NCBI GenBank assembly: GCA_964035545.1
Contig: OZ037765.1
Coordinates: forward strand, 18,352,995 to 18,416,994
Origin: Bugula neritina
Lineage: Eukaryota; Animalia; Bryozoa
Reading direction: 5' to 3'
DNA length: 64,000 nt
The notes under the pieces were generated by a model. The model searched no databases and had not been told where the DNA came from. It saw nothing but the letters and a program-made list of their open reading frames with translations. The position numbers and the translations under genes are program-made. This document shows positions 49,101 through 61,100 of the stretch, in pieces; the stretch's first letter is position 1, and each line of letters starts with the position of its first letter.

Positions 49101-52100
49101 CCTCACTTACCATTCCAGCTGCTGTTTGCACACATTTCTCCCACTGCCCGTTCTCTGCATACATGTCTAAGGCTGCCACAACATCCACACCAACAAGCTA
49201 AATTACAAGATTAAACATGTATATGAAAAGATAACTCTCAACATTAATGACAGACTATACACAAAAGGACAAATTGATTCATTGCTTGAAATCAATACAC
49301 CTTGATAACGTACTTAGCTTCATGAAACTACTTAAAAGTTTGTTTGGGTCAAAATACTTTGATGGCAATTTGCCTGTTTATCTTTATCAAACTCTACCTA
49401 ATCTATTTTCAAGATGACAACAAAAAGCATTTTAAAGATCTGGTATTAAGTTTTACTATAAAAGTAGTTTGCAATATTTCATATAAATATATGTAAAAAC
49501 CTGTGCAAAAAGCTTATAGGTAACAATATAAAATATTAAAGCTTGACTCATGTTTAGCCTTATTTAGAATATTAATTCTGTACACCATTACTCTGAAGAT
49601 GGTGCATGGAAATCCACCAAAATATTGGCAAAACCTCAAGTTGAATATGTTCATCTGAACACTTGAAGTAAACATGTGGCTTCAAGTACTGTTTGCAACA
49701 GAACTCCTTATGGACACCTATATGCCACTTAGTTACTATCTTGTAATATACACCTGCTCTAGCGATAACAAGCATTTGCAATAATAGACTTACATCTTCA
49801 GCTTTACCAGTTCCCTTCAGATATTCCTTATACTTCTCGTCTACGTACGGTTCATATCGAGGCTCAAATTCTTTTGCCACTTTTTTTGCTTTGTTCCATT
49901 CTTTGCCATCCATCAGTGTGTCGATGGCCTCTTTTACCATGTCTACTTGAATATACAGCTCGGCCGCCTACAACAATACATCGCGTAGAGGAGGTCCACC
50001 CTCCACAGCCACAAGAGACTTCAGGAACAGCAGCAGTGCATGGGTTCAGTTAGTCCGATTTATCACATCAAACTTTTATGCAATAGACCAAACAATAATA
50101 TGTTGATTGTAATGCCTCCATTACACCAATACTATTGCAAAACCATATTGAATGCCTCGGGCAAGGGTTGATGGCGATAAACAGTTAAATTGTGTTACTT
50201 ATGTTGCTCTGTTTATTAGTGGCAGTGACATGGTGTTACTTACATTATTGTGTTTATCAATGCCAATCAGCATAGGAGCAACGTGCTGTATGACTTGCAC
50301 TGCCTTTTCAGGAGGAAGAAACTTCACTGCCAGTTGACAAGCCTAGTTAAATGATCAAAATGTATTTACATTATATATTTCTACACTATGTATACACAAA
50401 TTGTCCAATGCTTGATGAATAATTTTCTTCCAGCACTCACCCAAACATTAAACAGATAATTTCATTTAGACTAAAATACAGCGAGAGGTGAATAGAACAT
50501 TTACCTTCATCCAGCACTTGTACATAACATTCTGATCATTGATTTGTTGCTGATTGACCTTGACATAGCATTCAATAGCTCTAAGGTGTTCACCAGACGA
50601 CTCCCACTCTTTAGCCTGTTGTATTAGTGTCTCTGCTCCACTACACACAGTAACTCAGCTTTAGATTTCATAATTTAAAGCAAAGGCTACGAGAAGTAAA
50701 CTTTTGCTTAAAGTAAAAGCCCGAAATTTAACTTAGCATTTTCAGCCATAGTCATAGGTGTGCATGTTAATAAAATCATAGAGTTGGCAACATTTGCTTG
50801 AGAAAATTACACGAAAATGTTGTATAAAGATTTTTAATATATATCACAATAAGATTAAGTGATGAGACACACCGAGTAGACCTGTCCATCATGTCTCTCT
50901 CATACTCATCCTGTAGCTGAGGTAGCTTGTTAGGGAGGTACTCCTTAGCCACCCGCAGTACATCCTGCCACATTCCAGCATCTTTATAAAACTTGATAGC
51001 CAATTCGGGTCTTTGTGCTCTTAGCAGAAAAGACTCAGCCCTGTTGATATATGCGCAGGATTATAATTCAGTTTCATAACTTCATGCATATAAAGGCAGT
51101 TTTGGAACTAGCAACCAACTACATCAGATTGGCTTACAGAAAATGTGTTGGTGCACAGTAAAACATCACTCTGTCACATCTTTAAGAAGATAGAATATAT
51201 TTTAAGTAATAATTTTACCAGAGTCTCTCAACTGTGTATTAAAGTATACATTTTTGATAAATTATTTCAAACTCATACTTGTGGTACAATTCCTAAAAAC
51301 TGAAGGAACGCTGCCATGATAACTATATTTAAAAAAGGTGATCGACGCGACTGTGGTAACTACCGAGGTATCTCCCTGCTATCAATCCCTGGTAAAGTCA
51401 TGGCAAGAACTCTGCTTAACCAGAAAAATCATCACGTTGAAACTACTATTTTGCCAGAAACCCAATGCGATTTCCGAGCTGAGAGGAGTACGGTAGATGT
51501 GATTTTCACATTAAAGCAAGGGCAAGACAAATGTAGAGAACAGCAAAGACCTTTGTACGCTGTGTTCATAAACTTTACCAAAGCCTTTGATACTGTTAGC
51601 AGAGAGACACTGTGAATCATCCTTGGAAGATACAATGTTCCACCACACTTGATTAAGCTGATCCAGCAGTTCCATATTGGGATAGAAGCACATATATCAA
51701 GCAAAGGCCAGCTGTCACCACCATTTGCCATCAATAATGGAGTAAATCAAGGCTGTGTTCTTGCGCCTACATTATTTAGCATATACCTCGCGGCGGTACT
51801 TGACGAAGCATTCTCTGACACCACCCAGGGTATCTATCTGCAAACCAGACCTGGTGCTAATCTATTCAACCTCACTCTTTTCAAATCTAAGATACGCTTT
51901 GTGAATTGATGTAAGCGGATGACACAGCACTAATATCACACAGTTTGGAGGATATGCAAGTGGTTACATCACGCTTTGCTAAAGCTGCCCATGACTTTGG
52001 ATTGTGCATAAATAAGAGTAAAACAGAGGTCATGTACCAACCATGTGCAGATACAACTGAAAGATCTGACAATATCCAAATTGAGGACCAACGGCTTGAG

Positions 52101-55100
52101 AATGTAAGCAGGTTTATATACCTTGGGGGCACGAGTACCCATGACGGAAGTTTAGACACTGAACTACAAACTAGAATGTGTAAAGCTTCAGTTGCATTTG
52201 GACAACTAAGAGAAAAACTCTGGAACAACAATGATGTGACAATCAGAGTAAAGTGTCAAGTCTACAGAGCTATTGTTCTGACCACCTTAATTTACGGCTT
52301 TATGATGAAGCAGTTAAGGTTCATCATGAAAGTTAAATGGTGGCAAAAAATCTCCAACACTGAAATTCTGCAACGTGCAAAGTTAGCACCGATATGTGAT
52401 CAAGTAATAATTCGCAACCTTAAATGGGCGGGTCACATTGCGCGTATGGATGAACATCGACTACCCAAGCAGACGCTATTCTCCCAACTGATGTCTGGCC
52501 ATAGAAAACGAGGACGTCATAAGTTAAGATATAAAGACACCATCAAGAGACACCTCAAAGAGAAGGGTATCGATGTCAACAATTGGTACAACTTGGCGCA
52601 AAACAGAACTCTGTGGAGAAAGTTCGACTGACTGCTTAGTGAGTGAGTGAGTGATTTCAAACTCATACTTTTAAGATTTCAGGCCTACCATAACTTTCAA
52701 ATCGAAGTCCTCACTGTATGGCTGAACTTTAATACACCAAGTTTTCATCTAGATAATATATTATTGATTATTAAGTTTCTACTATTATTCTATCTGCACT
52801 TTTGTTTCAATTTAATTATTACTTTTCAGGAAATTGTACATTACAGTTTGCTAGCATAAAAGAGCATAAGATCACAATGCAATCCTTCAAATAAACTTGT
52901 TATCTTTAGAGAGTGCAATAGCCATTTTTCTAATAATATACTGAGATTAACTCAACAGAAATATATGTTGCAAATAGCAGATATAGGTAATCATGCGCTG
53001 AGTGAGCTACCTCTCAAAGCTGTGCTACAGAGAGATGCCTTATCTTGTTACAACAACTGGTTTAGTGAAAAAAACAATGAGAGGCAACACGGCTTTAAAA
53101 AATATAATAAACGCAAATTAGCAAAAAATGCTAAAACTACTAACTTTTGAAACTCTCTCGCCTCGAATGCATGTCTTGCCTGTCCAACGAGTACGTCTGC
53201 AACTGAGTCAGGGTCATATTCTTCTGCAACTCTCTGGGCTGCTTCCCAATTCTGACTGTGTACATACATCAGGACAGCCTCCTTTGGTTTGCTAAATACA
53301 CATGAAATCTTGTATGAGAAAGTGATGGACAACTGAACACATATGTGCAATGTATCTAAAACACTTAGTATAAAGTATCAGTATTGGTATTAGTGTTATT
53401 ATTAGTACTAGTATTAGTGTTACTCTTTCTATTGGTATTGGTATTAGTATTAGTAGTCTATAAACCATTTTCAACCCTATACTGTGACTCTAGTCACCTT
53501 TGCACATAAATATTTTTTCCTACTAAAAACAACTAAAGTTGACTAGGCCAGTTGTTTTTGCAGTCAAATACGGTAAAAGACCAACGACTGAACATACTAA
53601 CACAGAATAACCGGTAAACAATATTCTAAACTAATGACTACCTACTGACCTGGCTTTGATAAAGCACTGCTCTGCCTCCTGAAACTTGCCCTCATCCTCC
53701 AAGTACATGGCTTGTTTCAAGTAAATGTCTGGTAACTTAGACTTCATTGCGGTGTTGGCCAAGTCAAAAGCAAACTCAAACGAACTACAAAAATTGCCAA
53801 TATTGCTAATTGTACAGTTATTTCTGTCACATTTAGCTTTTTGTCAGCATTACATAATTTACTCTCTTTTGCTGTTTTTATAAATTTTTTCAAGCATTTC
53901 AATTTTAGCTACAGACTCATTGTTTATAGAGCTTTGGAAATTTAGTTGGTCAAAAAATATGAATTTTATTTAAGGATCTGTTGCACATTTTACTGAAACT
54001 ACATAAAACACAACTTACCAGTTTTCAGCTGCATAATCAATAGCAGCCTCCAGCAGCCCAAACTTGGTGAGCAGCTTGACTGCTGAGTCACCTCCCAGGT
54101 TCTTAGCCCAGAGGTAAGCTACCTGCTTGGCTGCATTTGGTCCTCCGTGAGCCTTGGCCACCTTTGAAAACAGCAGAAAACACATTTCTACATCTAACAG
54201 ATGAGTTACTATAAAGTTTGGTTCAAAGTACAGAGCATAGTGTTTGGGCAAGCTGTATTAGTATATAACAACACATTAACCATACCCTGTAAGCTTCATC
54301 CCACATGTCCTTCTGTCTGTACATGTTGACACATTGCTTCCAGTCTCCCCCTTCAATAAAGTAGTGCTCTGCCTGTCTCAGGTTATCTTCTTCCACTAGC
54401 GTCTAGACAAGTGCATGTATAATGAATTCACATAACTGAGTTATCATGCGATTACTAGCTTAATGAATACTGAAAACTCGTTTTAAGAGTTCTTGCCAGA
54501 TAGAACTTTCTTCGTGTCATTATAAAACCTGATATTTATTGGGTGTACCCAACATAAAGATAAGTGTACCACATGAAATATAAGAAAAATCATGCTGCAA
54601 ATGCGTTATGCAACATTAAATGATAGCTTTGTTGAGTTTTTTACTTGCATTCTTTTTTGTTTTTCTATTATATCATAAAATATATTTCATAGTGTACAAA
54701 ACCTGAGCTGTTTAAGTCTTTAAAAGAACAGAAATACTAGGTTGAAGAAGATCATTAAGACCAGCTGTGAAATCTATCTACTATTGCTTACCTATCATTG
54801 TTATTCAAATGCCTTTATTAACTCGCTTATTGCATATTTTGTTTTTTAAATATAAATAAATTACATAGAAATGTCAGAATAATTATTATATTTAGACAAA
54901 TTGTGAGGAGTTGTGTTCTCAGCATTTGAACAGAAACACTGGACATTGGCATTCTCTCACCTTAGCAACGATAAGATGGGATTCCTGAGCCCGGTCCTTG
55001 TAGTGAACTTTCACAAGCCTGATCATGTCATTCCACATCTTTTTATTCTGGTACATGGCTATAGCTAGGTCAGGCTCATTAACTGTAATATACAGTCTCT

Positions 55101-58100
55101 CCGCATCCTTATATTTAGCCTGAGATTCCAACTGCTTAGCCTGTTGCACATACATTCCGGAAACTTCTTCCGGTCTCATGCATGTACTCGCGAGCTGAAA
55201 AAACACAAACAATAAAACATGATATTTATATATTCTATTTTATATGCCAACACCAAGGTTTATAAAAACAATGGTATTAGCATGCAGTTCCCTGCAATAG
55301 TAAAATATATGCTCGTAACACATTATATCTTACCCTATGAGCTTCTTCCCATTTGCCCGCATTGTTGTACATTTTAATGGCTTCGTCAGTAGCACCTGCC
55401 CTAACAAAGAACTGCTCAGCTCGCTCAAGTTCATTAATAGAAGCAAGGTGCTTGGCTATCTTCACGTAATATCTGACGGCTCCATCCGAGTCGCCAGCCA
55501 CTGACAAAATCTGAACAGCTTTATTCCACTGTCTGGAGTTGATGGCAGCATCTACTGCCTTCATTGTAGAGCTGCAACAACACTCAGTGTGATAAAAGTA
55601 ACTCCTTGACACCATTGAGTGAGTTAAAAGAGCAGCGTAATACAGATATAGATATAACAGATATAGTCTACAGGGTAAAGAGAACTGTATGTTACTGCCT
55701 AAATACAAAGCAGATACCAGAAGGATATAGCCAAGTGATTCAAGACATGTATGAGCAATTCATTGGAGAAAAAGACGGAAGGGGCAGTTAATAATCACAC
55801 TATTCCATACTGATCATGAATGCAATCACAAAGGAATGGGGATATAGTCTGCACTGTGACTTAGCATTGTGGGATGAATATAGTAGGAGAGACGAAAGTG
55901 TTAGAGGAAACAAGTGGAAGACATGCAATTAAGAACAAGTATACACCACTGAGAGATAATAGAGACAAAGCAAAGTTGATAAGTTACAGCCAGGATAATT
56001 TCATTGAACTAGCAATTGTCTCCACTTTTAAATACCATGAAGCTTTGATAGCAAATAACAGTTTAAAGTGTAGATTTACAAAAAAATTAACTTATGGAAA
56101 GACCTGATAAAAGTGTTGTGTAGACAGAAAACCCCTGCATGGCTAAAGGATTTTTCAAATAAAAAATGTCAAGACTAAATCTGACTGTATAGAAATGAAA
56201 TTTGGCCTATCACCAAAAAAGAAGCCACCTAAACATGATTAGGGCAAACTAGGTGCCAAGTATAGCCCAATAATATATTGAAATTCATATGAAATCGCAT
56301 AATCTTATGTTAAACATATTATATGCATTGTGTACATTAGATGCATGTGCATTATATCATATCAGACTAGCATATTACCCAGCTTCTATAAAGTGATTAA
56401 TGGCAGCGTCTAATTGTTTCTGATTGACCAGGTGTTCACCCCATTCTTCCTCCAGCTTGGTAACATTTTCAGGGAAAGCGTATCTGGCCAGCTCAACAGC
56501 TACAAGCAGGTATTACAATCACTGCAGGTGTAATACTGCTTCATCTACTGGTTGATGATATACACAACTCGGTCTATGTCATAAACCACCATCAGCCTAG
56601 TACAGATGCCTTACCTTGTCTATATGCTCTACCTCTCCTGTAACATTCCATGGCCTTCTGGTAGTCTCGTATCTTCTCATACAGATTACCTGCTCTGTCA
56701 TAAAACTCTCCTTTCAAAAGAGCTGAGGCTATACGGGAAATTAGCTCACCATTCTGCATAAAGTCCTAATTAGAAAAACAAAGTTTATTATTAGAAATTG
56801 TCAACTATCTAAAACTATGTTTTGAATAAAAAACATTGATATGCATTACTCTTGCAACTTTAAAAGCTTAATTTTAAACAGACATTAAATTTGATGCAGT
56901 TGCGTTGCATTATCAAAATTAATTGTATTTGCGAAGTTTGAAAAGGTTTCCTACAACACTGCAAGTGAGCACAACTCCATACCTCTCTGCTCGTAGCAAG
57001 CCTTGCCGCTTTGGCAGGTAAACCTGCTTTCATGTAGAGTTGTATGGCAGCCATGTCATCTCCTTCCTTCTCCTTCATCTCACCAGCTTTCTCTTCCTGC
57101 ATTACCAAATTAAAACCGCATTACATTCACATACCTTAGTCAATTCAGTACACCATACCACAGCTGTGTGTCTCAGCAGGTGGGAGTGGCCATTCTATTA
57201 GTTGTCAATTCTGTTACAATTTCAAATATAAAAATACACTTTTGAACAACAAATTCTGCTATGCTGATGAGATATAAAATAATTTTTGGTAAAAAATTAT
57301 TTAGGACAAACAAATCCTTTTTTATGTAATCATACTGAAATGAGAAGTTTATTATTAACAAAGTTACAAAGCAATTTATTGGACAGTTTTCAAATCATTT
57401 AGTTCATTTATAAACGTTTACCAACACTATCAATTGCTATAAATATATTAATAAAAAATTATTTTGGAAGCGATTATTACAAATGATTGTGAGATTGTAT
57501 AAGGACCTGGTGTGTTTCCATCAACCACTGGTAGTAGTTCTTTCGTAATGTTTGAAGTTCTGGATGACCTTTGGCCTCCGCTACTTCAATGGCACTGTCC
57601 CACTTATGTAAGGACTGATACATCTCCATTGCCTCATCAATATCGTTCTAAATAATAACACGCCCCCACACTTCACATAATGCTGTCAACTAGTAGGCAT
57701 ACAATAATAATTTAATGAACTTTCAAGCATGAGAAAAAACTTCCAATTCTATTGGCCGAGATGCATATATTAAGCACTCTGTAATACTGTGAGATAAGCA
57801 GCTTAGCTGGAAGTAGGTGCTACGCCCTATGTTTACCACCATTTATTCCAACAACTAATCTATTTAAAAGCTTAATACTAATCATTAGTATTAGAAAAAA
57901 AAGTAAGTTTAATTTATTTCAAAATATAGTAATATAAAAGCAATCAGTATTAAAATTGTGTTGAGATATTTAGAATTAAATAATTATATCTAAAGTAATG
58001 TGAAATTCATTTGAACTGTCAATCTAAATGACCTCCACTTGACACTTTGAGAGTGATATTATGTTATCACTCTCAAAGGTAGAGAAACAGCAATGAGAAG

Positions 58101-61100
58101 GAAACAACTTAACTATCTGATACTACATGTTACCTTTCAAACTAACTTTTTATATGTGAAAATATCTTCAACTATGACAACTTTTTAGAGGTTTTAATGC
58201 TCTTTAATATATTTAAAGTTTTGTTTTTATATCCATTTTACAACTGCCATAGCTTCTCACCACCCACGCTGCATGTATTCTCATTTGCGAAAGATTGGTT
58301 TCTGCATGTAATTCACAATTGTAATAAATGTAATAAACATATAGATGCTGACCTGCTCTAGGTAAATACTCTCGGCCATCTTGAACTGCTTCTCCAGGAT
58401 GGCAAGTTTAGCTCTGACTCTGTAGTGATGATACCCCAGACCTTCGCTGCCAGATGCCATCTCGTTGATCTTCTGCAAACTTTTCACTTTCGACACATCC
58501 TTCAGAGCAGCAAAACACCTGGCACCAAAATTATTATTGATGACACAGCAAATACAAAGCTTGTATGTTCATATATAATTTTAATCTTGCCCTGCACAGC
58601 TTAATCTGTATGCAAAAACACAACAAACATCCCATGTTGAGAGAAGTTATATGGAAAAATATTACATGAGTGTAGCCTAGGTATATTTATATATTAAAAA
58701 AAAATTCAATAAAATGATTCATTTAAATATATATGATTATGACACATTTAAAGCAATATCCAGCATTTAGTAGTCATAATGTTTCTATTGAATAATACCA
58801 ACACTGTTATAAAGATTTCTGCTGAAAAATTGCAATATGCTATATTTATAACCTTTCTGCCACATGCAGCTTTCCATGTTCCAAGGCAAGTTTACTCAGA
58901 CTCTTCCACATAGCTTCTGTCTCCGGGGCCATTTCCAACCCTTCCAGATATGATGCTGCTCTGTTAGTAAGTAATAAATAGCTGTAGGTGTACGCAATGC
59001 ACACTCGCAAGGCTTACTATATCATACCGTCATTAATTCTACTTCAAATACTAAAAGATGTAAGTCTGAATAAACTGTTCTTAATAATACTGTGAATCAG
59101 TTGATAAACTTTAATAATAATTTGACAATATTATCAGCAGTATCATAATTGTTAGAGCTGAAAATTCTAATTCTAACATTTTGAAGGTATAAACAAAATG
59201 GGAGTAACTTCATTGATGTTAATGAAACCAAAGGTTGCCAGAATAATTGCTACAGCAAGCAAAGCTGTCTCTATCTCACCTGAAAAGTCAACACAGCAGA
59301 TGCATTCACTAGCAAATATATATAATTGGAAAAGCACTCACCGAATGTAGTCACCGTCATCAATGGCTGTACCAAACTCTATGAGCTGATCATCCAAAGC
59401 ATAGGAACCAGTAGACAATCCTTCATTGACCAGAACCACTGTCTTCTTACCTTCTCGTTTAATGTCTATAATATCTCCCTATAGAGTAGAGCAAGTATGA
59501 GACTGCAGCATAATTGGCCAACATAATTATAGAACTGCAAAACATGTCATGCTGTTTTAAATAACCTTGACCTGAATATGATCTGAATATGATCTGAATA
59601 TGAGATGAATAGCTGCAGACCTTGATTTCAAACATAGTCACTCTTTCAGGGGCGTCAATGTTGTACCAAATGCAGAGGTTGTTGCGATTCTGTGCCACCA
59701 CCACATCACTGTCGGGTACCCACTGCACGTAGCTGCAGTAGTTGAGTATGGTGCTCTTGGAGGCAGTCATTATGTCATACATGTGTAGCTGTAAACACAC
59801 GCTAATCAATAAACCACAATATTTTCATTCACTAGGCAATAGATTTGGTAATATTTTCTAAGCAAAATGCACAAAATTATTTAAAAATTAAACGTCATTT
59901 GATTAATTTTATTGGAAGACAAATCAAATCTTGAAACTATACAATAAATTATCCAAGATAAATTTAGGTGCTTCAAAAATAACCAGGTTTTAACAAATAA
60001 GTAGGTATTATAACAAGTGCTTAAATACTTTGCAAACCATGGTGCCTCGGAAAAACACCAATTAGCAAAAAATTAAAATGATACCTAATCTATTATTGCA
60101 ATAAGTAAACTAATTATGCAACACATTGGCATACTTAGGCTAAGAGTGATGTCTTGAATCAAGTGCACGACCTCACATAGCTTAATGAACAAGTTCACAT
60201 TATAGCTATTAGGTACTGATGAACTACAGTTACAGGAGGGTCATAAAATAAATGCATATTTTACATATTATTTCACCAAAATGACTTATTTGTATACCAG
60301 AGCTATAGGAAGATGGTAGCCACTATTGTTCTCTATATGTCATTAAACTTATGTTACAAAACTAGTTCAACTAACCAACTAGCTAATAGCATTATAAGAG
60401 TATTAGATGACACAATATATACACAGATATTTCATGAAACAAAAAATAAACAGCTTATGAATTGCACAATGTGTTTTTAGACCAAAAAAATAATTATGAG
60501 ATAATATTTTAAATTCCACTGTTTATTTTATAACTTTTTCTGTTGAGATTAGCTAAGCTACAGTCACTGACATGCAAATGAATTATAATTACACGTACAT
60601 AAGGCAGAGTTTAGCCCTTGCAGCACCAACCCACTTATCACAATAGACTATTCACTATAGTGGAGAGTGAGGTCACTTAAGACTCACAAGAAACCCGCTG
60701 TCAATACATTATTTTCTTTACCACATTATGCATATCTACAGATAATAACTGCGGTAGGGTTCTAATTTTCATTTTTGTTTGCTATTTCTGAAACAATTTA
60801 TCCTAGAAGTTAATATTGAAACTGCAGAATAAATAAAATAATTTCAATCTAACTATAATGATGATGATGTAATCAGCTAAGGCATTAGATAATACTAATT
60901 ACGACACTTAAGCTTGACATTTCAATTAAAGAACATTACTAACATCAAAGCTAATTTTTCAGATTGATAGCAACAGGTACAGTATAGTTCAACACTACAA
61001 ATATTACCCTCAGCCTTTTGTCACGGTAAAGCAACTTCCGCCCAGTTTCATTCATCTCCAACCAGTCGATCTTTGAGTCATGACTAATAGTTCCCAATGA

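Noticed and set aside
49980-50050. GC-richer intronic patch as an extra IFT172 exon
   Set aside because: The flanking exons join in frame (..IDKHNN|AAELYI..) and match IFT172 without a gap.
51316-52631. Active or domesticated reverse transcriptase (retron/DGR-like system)
   Set aside because: The catalytic YADD is destroyed and the copy is 5'-truncated with a TSD and simple-repeat tail: an ordinary dead LINE copy.
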